Shown: positions 47,133-57,691, counted from the stretch's first letter. The stretch is DNA of 64,000 nt from an uncultured Candidatus Saccharibacteria bacterium (GCA_947302125.1 CAMYUL010000001.1:54258-118257); one strand, 5' to 3'. Numbers and translations are program-made. Notes: generated by a model not told the origin, from the letters alone.

Positions 47133-47783
47133 CTAGCTTTTTGCGGGATGGTGGTAACCGCCGGGTGTGCCACGGAAAGGTGTACTGGCGATTTCGTCAT
47201 GGAAGAGCTCGTAAATATCGGTGCCACAAAGTTTGTCGAAATAGGATTTGAGCTCAAAGATTGCAATTAAGTCTTGCCTTGGATGTTTGAGGTCGTGTCT
47301 GACAAGGACGCTGCAAAAACGACGTTCAATAGTAGTGATACCGTGGGCGCCACTCATGAAGTCGGAGAGAGTAATAAGCTTGTCGTAGTCGTCATATTCG
47401 GTAGTTGTGATAAAATCTTTGATTTTCTGGACGTCTGTTGGGTCATTATTTTCGAGTTCTAGTTCAACGACTTTGTCTTTTGGCCAGAAGGAGTGAGTCA
47501 TGCAAATTTTAGCAATTTCCGGTTCGTTTTCTGCTAGCATTTTTTCGTAGCCTTTGACGATGTGAGTGGAGAGGGTTGTAGTATGACCGACGTATCTGCC
47601 AATGTCGTGAAGAAGGCCCATGGCATAGGCAAGGTCGGGGTCGAGGCCGGCGTGTTTTGCGATAGTTTCGGCAACCTTGGCGGCAGCACGAGAATGCTTG
47701 GCCCAAAAGTCAGAAGTCGTGTCGGCGCCTCTTTCTTGCATGCCCCATTTGAAAATCTGTTCAGCTTTTTCGCGGATATTCAT
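47133..47783 (-). CDS. HD domain phosphohydrolase
   Basis: KHS..GLLHDIGR..H..HSF..DKLITLSD. Confidence 0.88.
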   Translation of the reverse strand: MNIREKAEQIFKWGMQERGADTTSDFWAKHSRAAAKVAETIAKHAGLDPDLAYAMGLLHDIGRYVGHTTTLSTHIVKGYEKMLAENEPEIAKICMTHSFWPKDKVVELELENNDPTDVQKIKDFITTTEYDDYDKLITLSDFMSGAHGITTIERRFCSVLVRHDLKHPRQDLIAIFELKSYFDKLCGTDIYELFHDEIASTPFRGTPGGYHHPAKS

Positions 47784-47868
47784 GGAGATATTATAGCATT
47801 GAGACGGAGATTGTGCAGAAAGGCTCTAGCCAGATTGTGGAATATTTGATATAATTTGAATACAATTT

Positions 47869-47958
47869 GGAAGGGTGTCCGAGTGGTTTAAGGAGCACGC
47901 TTGGAAAGCGTGTAAGGTCGCAAGGCTTTCGCAGGTTCGAATCCTGTCCCTTCCGCCA
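47869..47958 (+). tRNA. tRNA-Ser(GGA)
   Basis: GGAAGGG..CACGC-TT-GGA-AA-GCGTG, long variable arm, GGTTCGAATCC, GCCA; terminator at 47960-47980. Confidence 0.95.
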
Positions 47959-48091
47959 TGGCTCTTAGGAGCCTTTTTTTATTGACCTGGATTTATGTCA
48001 TGATGCTCTCTCTTGAGTTTTTCTGGTCATGTGGTATACTGTCATCTAGTAACATATAGTTAAGGACCTTATTTTTTTTGGAGGTGGATGA

Positions 48092-48835
48092 ATGTACCAA
48101 GTTTTTTGTGTAATTGCGTATGTTGGTCAGCCAGATGCTACGGAGCTGATTCTTCATGGGAAGCATGGTCAAGAAGTAAGAACGAAGCGGAATTTGGGAA
48201 GCATTTTTAAGGTTGAGAATCAATATTTTGCGGTTTCTGGAAAAGAAATTGCATTGCCGGCGAATGTAAAAAGTGTGGACAGCCATATTCCTGGGCTGGA
48301 GTATTCTTACGAGATGTTTTGGGGGACAACTAAAGACAACCAGACGATTTTGCTGAAGAGACAGCTTAGACCTAGGTGGTCGCAGAGCGAAGAGGAACCG
48401 CCGTTTGAACTCTTAGCTCCGAGATTGGTGGCAGCGAAGCCTTTGAATGCAAAAGGGACGTTGCTTTCAAAGCTTCCGAGCTATAATGAGGATGACGAAT
48501 GGGTACTGCTGAAGGCGAATGTTCGTGGCAAAGATTGTTATAAAATATATTCTTTGACGAAGAGAGAAATGCTAAACTTCAACGTTTATAGCAGTAGACT
48601 TGCGGTGCTTGATCCCAACGAACACTCGCGCCTAAATTGGATCAGTGATACGTGGTTTAGTAGTGAGCCTGAATTCTTTGTTGATGACGAGTATGGTTGT
48701 GCTATGGTTGCTAAATACCAAGACGTTGTTAATATTGAGCCTTTTGAAAAGGAGATTATGGCAGATTGGCAGATAGAAAATTCTTTAGTGCTGCAGCACA
48801 ATAAGTATTTTATCGACATATATTGGAAAAAGTAG
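48092..48835 (+). CDS. Hypothetical protein, paralog 1 of tandem triplet
   Basis: GGAGGTG SD; shares NLG..QYF..G.EI.LP.NVKS.D..FWGTT..PP.F.L..W.LL with the next two ORFs. Confidence 0.8.
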   Translation: MYQVFCVIAYVGQPDATELILHGKHGQEVRTKRNLGSIFKVENQYFAVSGKEIALPANVKSVDSHIPGLEYSYEMFWGTTKDNQTILLKRQLRPRWSQSEEEPPFELLAPRLVAAKPLNAKGTLLSKLPSYNEDDEWVLLKANVRGKDCYKIYSLTKREMLNFNVYSSRLAVLDPNEHSRLNWISDTWFSSEPEFFVDDEYGCAMVAKYQDVVNIEPFEKEIMADWQIENSLVLQHNKYFIDIYWKK

Positions 48836-48963
48836 TCACCCCCACTTGGCCCCCTTGCTAGGGGGCTTTTTATAGTGGGCAATGTTTGACCTTCATAGTT
48901 TTCTATGATATAATATAAGGAGTAACGTAGAGTTAAGGTCTTTAAATTTTTGGGAGGTGAAAA

Positions 48964-49704
48964 ATGTATCAGGCAACTCACATAATTATTTCGCTTGAGA
49001 ATCCGGATGATGTTGAAATAACTCTTCGGGATGAAGCTGGGAGCAGTAGTAATCACAAGATGAATCTTGGGCATGTGCTCGAGGTGGGAGGGCAATATTT
49101 TGATATCAACGGGCGAGAAATTTTTCTTCCTGAAAATATCAAGAGTATTGACAGCTATATCAGTACAATGAAAGCTAGCTCATCAGAAGCGTCTGACCTG
49201 TTTTGGGCAACGACGAACTCTAATGAGTCAGTTATTCTTCGCAAAAGAGTAAAAGGTGACGCCAATTGTAATGACCCTCCGGAGTTTAAGCTGCTAGACG
49301 TTTTCTTAGTTTCTGCAAAAACTATAGATTTGTCTGGAACGATTCTGGAAAAATGTCCGTTTTGGGATGGAAAAGACGACTGGGTGCTGCTGGAGTTTCA
49401 GTCTGACCCAGGATCAAAGCGCCGCTACGCGTTGTTTAATCTAACTAAACAGAAGGAATTAACTTTCGATGTCTATCAGAAGAGAGCGGATGTTTTTGAA
49501 GGAGGAAAGAAACCGGCTATTTATGCTGTAGGAAATTCGGCATTTCTTTGCGAACCAAAGTTTTATCACGATGAAAGACGGGGCTATATTATGTATGCAG
49601 TGGATTGTGACAACATGGATGTCTATATGGATGAGGGCGTGGCTACTTCGCGTATCCCGAAACAACTATTCTGTCTTTGTATGTATCGAGAGACTTGCAT
49701 TTAA
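48964..49704 (+). CDS. Hypothetical protein, paralog 2 of tandem triplet
   Basis: Same motifs; GGGAGGTG SD; own promoter-like TGATATAAT. Confidence 0.8.
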   Translation: MYQATHIIISLENPDDVEITLRDEAGSSSNHKMNLGHVLEVGGQYFDINGREIFLPENIKSIDSYISTMKASSSEASDLFWATTNSNESVILRKRVKGDANCNDPPEFKLLDVFLVSAKTIDLSGTILEKCPFWDGKDDWVLLEFQSDPGSKRRYALFNLTKQKELTFDVYQKRADVFEGGKKPAIYAVGNSAFLCEPKFYHDERRGYIMYAVDCDNMDVYMDEGVATSRIPKQLFCLCMYRETCI

Positions 49705-49718
49705 TAGGAGGTGATTAG

Positions 49719-50480
49719 ATGTGGCAAGCAAAACACTTGATAACATTAGCTGGGGACCCGGAAAGTACTAAGCTTGTACTTGGAAACGATTCTGGAGATG
49801 AAACGGAGTGTACGTTGAACTTTGGACACACGTTTAGATTTGACAATCAATACTTTGATCCGTTTGGGAGAGAAATTATGCTCCCGGAAAATGTCAAAAG
49901 CGTAGATCGTTATGTAACTATGTTTTCTGATCGTAGCAGTAATTCTATTGTTCCGTCCGAGATATTTTGGGGAACGACCAAAGATGGCGAACTGATTTTG
50001 GTTAAGAAACAAATTGACCAAAAAATGATTCGTCAGGAGCCGCCAGCTTTTAAACTGTATATACCAAATTTGGTGTCTGCGGAAGCAATAAATGCGGAAG
50101 GCACTATTTTGGAGAAACTCGATTTCTATAAAAATACAGTTAATGGTGAATGTGCCTGGATCATATTGAAAGCCAATGTGTATGGCGAAGATCGTTACAA
50201 GCTGTACAATCTTGAGAAGCGTATAGAAATAGGATTTAACGTTTTTAGAGATCGAGCAAGCTTAATAGCTGAAGGACGCCCTCTCCAATATTGGGGGCAA
50301 GATCGTTGGCTAGCCGATCCGCCGAAATTCTATCAGGATGCAGACTATGGCTACATGATGAGCCTTAAGTACTATGATGCTGCATCAGGAAAAGAAAAGG
50401 AAGTCTTTACGGACGAAGAAATAATGTCCAGAATGGGTGAACGTATGTACTTAGATACATATTGGAAGCGGAGAGGATAG
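49719..50480 (+). CDS. Hypothetical protein, paralog 3 of tandem triplet
   Basis: Same motifs; AGGAGGTG SD; terminator at about 50510-50540. Confidence 0.8.
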   Translation: MWQAKHLITLAGDPESTKLVLGNDSGDETECTLNFGHTFRFDNQYFDPFGREIMLPENVKSVDRYVTMFSDRSSNSIVPSEIFWGTTKDGELILVKKQIDQKMIRQEPPAFKLYIPNLVSAEAINAEGTILEKLDFYKNTVNGECAWIILKANVYGEDRYKLYNLEKRIEIGFNVFRDRASLIAEGRPLQYWGQDRWLADPPKFYQDADYGYMMSLKYYDAASGKEKEVFTDEEIMSRMGERMYLDTYWKRRG

Positions 50481-50578
50481 TGCTAATCTGTGTTTTTCAC
50501 CCCTGACAAAATACCCCCTAGAAATAGGGGGTTATTTTTTGTATGTGATATAATTAGAGTAATAGAAGCGAGGAAAAT

Positions 50579-51283
50579 ATGATTGAAATTAAGAATGTCA
50601 CGAAAAAATATGGTGACAAAAAAGCGTTAAAAGACATCACGTTTAATGTGGAAGATGGTGAGATTTTTGCATTCATCGGACATAACGGCGCGGGTAAAAC
50701 TACACTAATTAAAGCAATCACTGGAATTCATGATTTTGACGAAGGTGATATTTTGATTAACGGTAAATCTATTAAGACTGCGCCGATTGCTTGTAAGAAA
50801 GAGATGGCATATGTGCCGGATAATCCAGAGCTGTATGAGAATATGAAGGCAGCCGATTTTATTAATTTTATTTGTGATATGTACGAAGTGCCGCAGGATG
50901 TGCGCGAGAAAAACATTAAGAAATATGCGCAGATTTTTGAGATTGAGCAGAATCTTGGTGATGAAATCTCCTCGTTCTCACATGGTATGAAACAGAAAGT
51001 TGCGTTAATTGCGGCGCTGGCTCATGATCCGAAGGTTTTGATTATGGACGAGCCGTTTGTAGGCCTAGATCCGAAGGCGGTGTTTGACATGAAGGAAGTA
51101 ATGAAGAAGATGGTGAAGGAAGGGAAGACGATTTTCTTCTCGACACATATTCTAGACGTGGCGGAGAAACTTTGTACGAGAGTGGCAATTATTAAGAAAG
51201 GCGAGCTGATTAAGGTAGGAAGCATGCGCGCCGTGAAGGGTGATAAATCGCTTGAGAAAATCTTCCTAGAATTGGAAAAATAA
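50579..51283 (+). CDS. ABC transporter ATP-binding protein (ABC-2 type)
   Basis: GHNGAGKTT, FSHGMKQK, IMDEPFVGLDP. Confidence 0.93.
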   Translation: MIEIKNVTKKYGDKKALKDITFNVEDGEIFAFIGHNGAGKTTLIKAITGIHDFDEGDILINGKSIKTAPIACKKEMAYVPDNPELYENMKAADFINFICDMYEVPQDVREKNIKKYAQIFEIEQNLGDEISSFSHGMKQKVALIAALAHDPKVLIMDEPFVGLDPKAVFDMKEVMKKMVKEGKTIFFSTHILDVAEKLCTRVAIIKKGELIKVGSMRAVKGDKSLEKIFLELEK

Positions 51284-51284
51284 C

Positions 51285-52907
51285 ATGGGAAGACTGGTTT
51301 CTTTACTTAAAGCTTGCATGACGGAGGACATGAACCTCTTTCAGATTAGATCTAAAAAACGTGGGGCGTCATCTAAAGTTTTGCCAGTATTTCTAGTGCT
51401 AGTCATTGGGTTTTCGATTTGGAGCTATGCTAATATGCTGCTCGACACGCTCTTGCCGCTAAACGCAGGATTTGTGATGCTGACAATGTGTGTACTAGTA
51501 ACGTCAGTTCTAACTCTGATAGAGGGCGTTTATAAATCGGGAAGTTTGCTATTCAACTGTAAGGATGATGATTTGATGCTGTCATTGCCGATTAAGAGAT
51601 CGACAGTGCTATTTGTGCGAATTTTCAAGCTGTATGTGTTTGAACTTTTGTATAATGCATTGTTTCTGGTGCCGGCGATGATAGCCTATGCAATGCGAGT
51701 GGAACTTTCTGCGACGTTCGTAGTTTCTTCAATTGCTGCAGTGATACTTCTGCCAGTCATTCCAATCGTGATAGCTTGCCCACTAGGAGCAATTATCTCA
51801 AGCTTGTCATCGAGATTTAGAGCAAAAAATATTGCGCAGACTGTGATAATAACATTGTTCGCGCTAGGGGCGCTATATGCTTCCTGGAATCTTGAAGGGA
51901 TACTTTCGAAAATTGCATCGCATGCAACAAGTATTAATGACTTTATCACAAAGGTGTATTATCCGGCTGGGGCATATGTAAGTATGGTGACGGATTTTAA
52001 AGTAGTCGATCTGCTGATCTTTGCGTTAGTTAACATGGGGGCATTTCTATTAGTATGTTTGGTACTTGGTAGTGTGTACTTTAGGATTAATTCTAGAGCG
52101 AAGATTGTAAGAACTAGTGCACGCGGAAAAGGGAAATATAAAATTAAAGCGCATAGCGTGACGGCGGCGTTAATGAAGAAAGAGTTGAAGAAATTTGTGA
52201 ATTCGCCAGTGTTTATGGTAAACGCTGGGTTCTCCTTAGTGCTCTTTGTGGTGGGCTGCGTAGTCTTGGCGGTAAACTCTACGGACACGGCTACGGTTTT
52301 GCAGAGTTATGGCGTAGAAGGAACGATCGATTTTGGACAAATGATACGAACTTATGCGCCGATGATTTTGCTTGGACTGCTGCTAATGGCGGCGCTGATG
52401 GGTTCGATTACAAGTTCGATGATTTCTTTAGAAGGGAGGTCGTTTAATATCTTGAAGAGCTTGCCGGTAAAACCATACACAGTAATTATGAGTAAGGTAC
52501 TAACTGCAGTTGTGATTATGTTGCCGTTCTTGATCGCTGGTGACATCGTTATGTTTGTGAAGTTTGATTTTAGCTTGCTGGAGATCTTGATGATTCTAGT
52601 TGCGACAGTAGTCTTTCCGGTGGTTGCGGAAACTATTGGTATTATTATTAACTTGAAGTATCCGAAGATGGATGCGAAGAACGATGCGGAAGTAGTAAAG
52701 CAGAGTATGAGCTCGATGGTGGCAGTGTTCTTAGGCATGGCGCTTTTAGCTGTTTCGGCATTCTTGATGATAAAAGCGTTGAATATGAATATACCTATGG
52801 ATGTAATAATGGCGGCGATGATTGGGGTATATGCGCTGATGGCTGCGGGGTTGATGGTGTATGCACGCCACAAAGGCACCAAAATGTTTAATGAAATTAC
52901 AGCATAA
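51285..52907 (+). CDS. ABC-2 type transporter permease
   Basis: Many TMs; LFNCKDDDLMLSLPIK, ISLEGRSFNILKSLPV; follows the ATPase. Confidence 0.85.
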   Translation: MGRLVSLLKACMTEDMNLFQIRSKKRGASSKVLPVFLVLVIGFSIWSYANMLLDTLLPLNAGFVMLTMCVLVTSVLTLIEGVYKSGSLLFNCKDDDLMLSLPIKRSTVLFVRIFKLYVFELLYNALFLVPAMIAYAMRVELSATFVVSSIAAVILLPVIPIVIACPLGAIISSLSSRFRAKNIAQTVIITLFALGALYASWNLEGILSKIASHATSINDFITKVYYPAGAYVSMVTDFKVVDLLIFALVNMGAFLLVCLVLGSVYFRINSRAKIVRTSARGKGKYKIKAHSVTAALMKKELKKFVNSPVFMVNAGFSLVLFVVGCVVLAVNSTDTATVLQSYGVEGTIDFGQMIRTYAPMILLGLLLMAALMGSITSSMISLEGRSFNILKSLPVKPYTVIMSKVLTAVVIMLPFLIAGDIVMFVKFDFSLLEILMILVATVVFPVVAETIGIIINLKYPKMDAKNDAEVVKQSMSSMVAVFLGMALLAVSAFLMIKALNMNIPMDVIMAAMIGVYALMAAGLMVYARHKGTKMFNEITA

Positions 52908-53085
52908 TCTGGTAATGGATTTGGTAAAATTTTTGCTGGTTTTTTGGAGGAGATTTTGACGGTTTTTGTGAAATTTTTGCTGGTTTTTGACAAAGACTGC
53001 TAATTTTACCAAAAAATTGACATTTTTGCAAGAAAATTGCACGCTTATGCTTGCAATCTGTTAATTTTTATATTAAACTTTAAAT

Positions 53086-54135
53086 ATGAGTCCAGCGGAT
53101 GTGATTATTGACTTAAAAGGCGTCTCCAAACGCTATGGTGTTGGTGACGCGGAATCGTATGCCCTCCGTGATTTTGATTTGACCGTGAAGCGCGGCGAAT
53201 TTATTATGATCATGGGTCCGTCTGGCTGTGGTAAAACCACATTGCTTAATATTATTGGCCTGCTTGATAGGCCAAATAGTGGTGAATATATTTTAAATGG
53301 CGATTCGATTGAGCACGCTTCTGAGCGTAAGAAGGCAAGGCTGCGTGCGAAGAAAATTGGCGTAATTTTCCAGGATTTTAATTTGATTCCGCACCTTTCG
53401 GTGCTTGATAATGTGACACTGCCGATGGTGTATGCTGGTTATACAAAGACGCATCGTGAGCTAATGGCAGATAAAGTACTTGAGAGATTCCGTTTGCAAG
53501 AGCGTGAATATTATATGCCGTATCAGCTTTCTGGCGGTCAGCAGCAACGCGTGGCGATTGCAAGAAGTTTAGTAGTAGACCCAGAAATTATCTTGGCGGA
53601 TGAGCCAACTGGTAATCTTGATTCGAGATCTTCGCATATCGTGATGGAAGAGCTGAAGGAAATTCATTCTGAAGGCAATACGATTATTATGGTGACGCAT
53701 AACCCAGCTTTGACGGCGTATGCGACACGTGTGATTCATATGCTGGATGGCCAAATTGATACTGATATTAAGACGGTTTCTGATGAGGATCTACCTCAGC
53801 CGGTAGAAATTCACTTTAGAAAGAGGAAAATTCTGAAGGAAGTGAAGGATGCGCTGACTGGTGCTTCGAGCAGGGAAGAAGCTGAGGAGCCAGAGGCTGT
53901 CGAGGAGCCAGTGACTGCTGAGGCTAAGGAAGAGATTGCTGAAGAGGCTGAGCCGGTTGCGATTAAGATGGCTGAAGTCAAAGAAGAAGTTGAGCCGGTT
54001 GCGATTTCGTTTGTTAAATCCGAAAAGCCTGAAGAAGTTGAAGAGGCTAAGGAAAAGCCTGAAGAAGTTGAAGCGGTTAAGGAAAAGCCTGAAGAAGTTG
54101 AGGAACCTGAGGAAGAGGAAGGGGAGGAAGAATAA
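53086..54135 (+). CDS. LolD/MacB-type ABC ATP-binding protein with acidic repetitive tail
   Basis: GPSGCGKTT, LSGGQQQRVAIAR, ILADEPTGNLD; EKPEEVE x3 tail. Confidence 0.92.
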   Translation: MSPADVIIDLKGVSKRYGVGDAESYALRDFDLTVKRGEFIMIMGPSGCGKTTLLNIIGLLDRPNSGEYILNGDSIEHASERKKARLRAKKIGVIFQDFNLIPHLSVLDNVTLPMVYAGYTKTHRELMADKVLERFRLQEREYYMPYQLSGGQQQRVAIARSLVVDPEIILADEPTGNLDSRSSHIVMEELKEIHSEGNTIIMVTHNPALTAYATRVIHMLDGQIDTDIKTVSDEDLPQPVEIHFRKRKILKEVKDALTGASSREEAEEPEAVEEPVTAEAKEEIAEEAEPVAIKMAEVKEEVEPVAISFVKSEKPEEVEEAKEKPEEVEAVKEKPEEVEEPEEEEGEEE

Positions 54136-55364
54136 TGGCACTTCTAATTCGTACACATTATGCGCTTGCTAAGGAATCGATTAAGAGAAATCGTACTCGT
54201 AGTTTCTTGACCTGTCTTGGCATTGGTATTGGTGTTGCTAGTATCATCTTAATCCTATCTCTCATGGGTAGCATCAATAATATGATCACTTCTCAGGTGA
54301 AGGCGATGGGTGCGGATCTTGTGGTGGTGAGGCCGGCAAAACAAGAAGACGCGATTGATTCGATTGTTGACGGTTTAACTTCTGCTAACCAATATTTGAC
54401 TTCTAATTTGACCTTGGAAGATGCCAAGGCGATTATCGGACTTTCTGACGTAGACTCTGCGGCGCCAATTGCTGCTGGAGTGGCGACGCTGACTTCTGAA
54501 GATAGAACAGTTCCATCGGCTAATATTATTGGAACTTATGCTGATCTTAATAAAGTGCAGAATTTGCAGCTAATGAATGGTACTTTCTTGTCTAAGAAAG
54601 TGGAGAATGCCGCAGTTGTGGGTAAGGAGCTATCGCTTAAATTATTTGCAACGCCTGATGAAGCAGTAGGCAAGACCTTTACGCTGATGGACCATAAGTT
54701 TATTGTGGTTGGCATGCTTGAGGAGATGGAAGATCCGATCAACTTTTCTAATGTGGACTTTGACTCGGCAATGCTGATTGACGCAAACTTCTTGGATAAG
54801 ATTGGCGGCAATTTCCAAGTGCAACAGATTAATATTAAGGCAGCCAGCACAAGTGTGCTCGACAGCTTGTCTCAGGAAATTCAGGATTTCTTGCACGCAG
54901 AGAAGGCTGGCGATGAAAACTTTGAAGTATTATATGGTGATGCGATTTCTCATCCGGCCGGTGGGTTATTTACGATTGTTTCTGGAATGTTGACGGTTGT
55001 CGCGAGTGTATCCCTAGTCGTTGGCGGTATTGGTGTGATGAATATTTTGTTAGTTTCTGTAGCAGAGCGTACACGCGAAATTGGTATTAGAAAAGCTGTG
55101 GGCGCAAGTAGCTTTAATATCTTGCTTCAATTTATGTTTGAATCATTAATCTTGAGCTTGGCGGGTGGCTTGCTTGGATTCGTCCTAGGCTATGTGTTTG
55201 CATTCTTTATCTCGATCTTTACGCCATTTGCGCCATATATTGACTGGGGAATTATATCAGTAACACTCAGCACATCGATGGCGATTGGTGTAATCTTTGG
55301 TATGTATCCAGCCGTAAAGGCAGCTAGAAAAAATCCGATTGAATCTTTGAGATATTATAGATAA
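54135..55364 (+). CDS. MacB/FtsX-family ABC permease
   Basis: RSFLTCLGIGIGVASII, GGIGVMNILLVSVAERTREIGIRKAVGA, PIESLRY. Confidence 0.92.
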   Translation: MALLIRTHYALAKESIKRNRTRSFLTCLGIGIGVASIILILSLMGSINNMITSQVKAMGADLVVVRPAKQEDAIDSIVDGLTSANQYLTSNLTLEDAKAIIGLSDVDSAAPIAAGVATLTSEDRTVPSANIIGTYADLNKVQNLQLMNGTFLSKKVENAAVVGKELSLKLFATPDEAVGKTFTLMDHKFIVVGMLEEMEDPINFSNVDFDSAMLIDANFLDKIGGNFQVQQINIKAASTSVLDSLSQEIQDFLHAEKAGDENFEVLYGDAISHPAGGLFTIVSGMLTVVASVSLVVGGIGVMNILLVSVAERTREIGIRKAVGASSFNILLQFMFESLILSLAGGLLGFVLGYVFAFFISIFTPFAPYIDWGIISVTLSTSMAIGVIFGMYPAVKAARKNPIESLRYYR

Positions 55365-57691
55365 TTAGGGTTGGCGACACAGCGGAAAGCATAACCGCGG
55401 GTGGTTGGCCACTGGCCGTTGCCGTAGTAGATGCCGCCGGCGCTGTAAGATACAATTGTGTCGTTGGCGGTCCTGTAGTTGCCGTCTTGTCCTAAGACGC
55501 CGTAGTTGTTGTTATCATATAAACCGGACTGAGTAAAGGACAGTGGGACTGCGTTGAACTTTGCGATGGTATTTGCTGAGTACGTGGTGTAGAGCAAATT
55601 ATAATAGCTGTAGGTGCCTTGATATGGTGGAGCTGTCCAGCCTTTTGGACATATACTACCGTTGCCATTGGCAGTGACAGCAGCTTGGCTGTAATACCCG
55701 CCCCAATCTGGGTGTATAACGTGATTTTGGAGCGCTGAGCTGTCTGGGGTCCATGATGTGGTGGTGATATTAGTATTTTCATTGGTAAATGTCGTAGTGT
55801 TTAAGTTGGTTTTTAAGTTTTGGCTCATCCAACAATTGCCATCGGCTAGTTTGCGGACAATGTAGGTATTGTTGTCTCTAGTATCGGTTAAGGTGTTCTG
55901 TGGGACATAGGATGTGTCGCCAATGTGGGTGCCGTCTGTATCTAGACTAGTAGCTGAAGAGGTTGGCGTAGTTGTAGTGGCACAAACAGCTGGCGTCATT
56001 TCTTGCATAGTACTAATCTGCCACAAAGTCTTTGGAGGAGCTGAGTTGGCAACGCAGCGAACTGAAAAACCATAATATTTAGGATTATTGAACTGAGAAC
56101 GAACTTCGCCAGTTGTATAGCGGAGATGGTATCCGTAGATATTGCTATTTGCGGAGCTTGACCAATAATAGCCGTAGGTGGTATAGCCCTGTCCGCCAGA
56201 GCCAACATGGCCAGTACGATAAAGATTGATAGGATATTGCTCTAAGGTCTGGTAGCCAATATTAGTAGAGGCATAGTCTACAATACTAAGGTAGGCGTTA
56301 GTAAGGGCGCTCCAACTTATGCTTTGGTTAGCTAAGTCTGTATAATTGGTTGGTAGTCTCCATCCGGCTGGGCAGATGGATCCATCGACAGCTCCGCCGG
56401 TATTATTCCTAGAGCCCTGCCCAGCAGTAGCGGCAGTCCAGTTATAATAGTATTCTGGCCTAGTAGCATTGCCTAGATAGCTATTTACTGTGGCATTACT
56501 AATAGATTTAGTGTTTGGGTTTACAACGTAATCGTAAGCATCAGCCGTAGTGGTGTAGTACCCTACACTGGAAGCGAGATTAGCATCCGTCATCTCGAAG
56601 GTGGAACCGTCATTCTTAGAGCCGATACCGCGCTTGCCATTGTTGTAGAGAGCTAGAAGATCGTATTCTAGGTTATCTACCATCCAGCAGTTACCATCAG
56701 CGAGTTTTCTGACTTTGTAGCTCTTCTTGGTACCAGTACCATCGGCATCACGGTCGTCGATGAGAGTTCTTTCTGGGACGAGCGGAGAGGAATTGTCACT
56801 GGTTACGGAATCGTAATCACCGTTCTGGTATCTTTCTAGAGTGATAATGTTAGCGTCAGTCATGGAGACGGCGTTAGTAGGGGTATACACGGAGGCGCAG
56901 ACTTCTGGAGTCATTTCCTGCATAGTAGTAATGTTCCAGAAGGCCGGAGTTGCTGGTGGAAGCTCATTAGCTACAGCTGTAAAGACTAACTTATTCTTAT
57001 AGGTGCCTGATGGAATATCGTTGTTTACGTTAACATTAATACCAATAGTAGTCATAGAGGAGTCACTAGGCTCCGTAACGTCATCTCTAATAGTGTCTGG
57101 AGTGCCATGAGTAGGGATAACGGTAGCAGGAGTGCTACCAGTAAGGGTAGTAGTGTTTGATCCAGTACCAATGGTATCGTTCCAGGAAGTAGTGTAGTTC
57201 CAGAAGTTAGTATCGGAAGAAGAGGATGGAACAGAAGAAGGAATGGTAACAGTTACAGTAGGATCAGTATGGATAAGATCGGTAGTATAGTTAAATTGAG
57301 TTTCTGGAGTAGTAGAAGAAGAAGTACCATCTTCTTTATAGTCACTATCCATATATAGCGTATAGCCAGTCTCATTACTAGTAGCAACGTCTACTATAGC
57401 ATTCTTAGTAACCGTAGAGCCATTAGGCGTAGGAGCAATATCAATACCAAGAGTAGAAATGCTACTAGTCCCAGTATCGTCTAGGATACGAATAGCGATA
57501 ACATCCTTTACCCTTACTGATAGAGTAGAACTACCAACACTTTCTGCGGAGGCAGAGCTGCTAGCCATAGCAGAAGAGATAATCAATGGACATAACAATG
57601 CTATAAATCCAATACTGAAAGAAAAAGGAAGCAAAGATATAAGAGATACCTTATGATGGCTCCCTCCCGGAAGCTTCCTCAAACCAATCAT
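55355..57691 (-). CDS. Surface protein with stalk and two FISUMP domains
   Basis: N-terminal TM; GTYKNKLVFTAVAN stalk end; two DGNCWM..ICPxGW..RCVA domains. Confidence 0.85.
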   Translation of the reverse strand: MIGLRKLPGGSHHKVSLISLLPFSFSIGFIALLCPLIISSAMASSSASAESVGSSTLSVRVKDVIAIRILDDTGTSSISTLGIDIAPTPNGSTVTKNAIVDVATSNETGYTLYMDSDYKEDGTSSSTTPETQFNYTTDLIHTDPTVTVTIPSSVPSSSSDTNFWNYTTSWNDTIGTGSNTTTLTGSTPATVIPTHGTPDTIRDDVTEPSDSSMTTIGINVNVNNDIPSGTYKNKLVFTAVANELPPATPAFWNITTMQEMTPEVCASVYTPTNAVSMTDANIITLERYQNGDYDSVTSDNSSPLVPERTLIDDRDADGTGTKKSYKVRKLADGNCWMVDNLEYDLLALYNNGKRGIGSKNDGSTFEMTDANLASSVGYYTTTADAYDYVVNPNTKSISNATVNSYLGNATRPEYYYNWTAATAGQGSRNNTGGAVDGSICPAGWRLPTNYTDLANQSISWSALTNAYLSIVDYASTNIGYQTLEQYPINLYRTGHVGSGGQGYTTYGYYWSSSANSNIYGYHLRYTTGEVRSQFNNPKYYGFSVRCVANSAPPKTLWQISTMQEMTPAVCATTTTPTSSATSLDTDGTHIGDTSYVPQNTLTDTRDNNTYIVRKLADGNCWMSQNLKTNLNTTTFTNENTNITTTSWTPDSSALQNHVIHPDWGGYYSQAAVTANGNGSICPKGWTAPPYQGTYSYYNLLYTTYSANTIAKFNAVPLSFTQSGLYDNNNYGVLGQDGNYRTANDTIVSYSAGGIYYGNGQWPTTRGYAFRCVANPNYL

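Noticed and set aside
47869..50540. Integrative element at tRNA-Ser(GGA)
   Set aside because: No integrase and no duplicated tRNA 3' end (attR) seen downstream.
52910..53040. Repeated AAATTTTTGCTGGTTTTT and the 52352..52993 minus-strand ORF
   Set aside because: Low-complexity T-rich spacer with two copies and no clear structure; the ORF is antisense to the permease.
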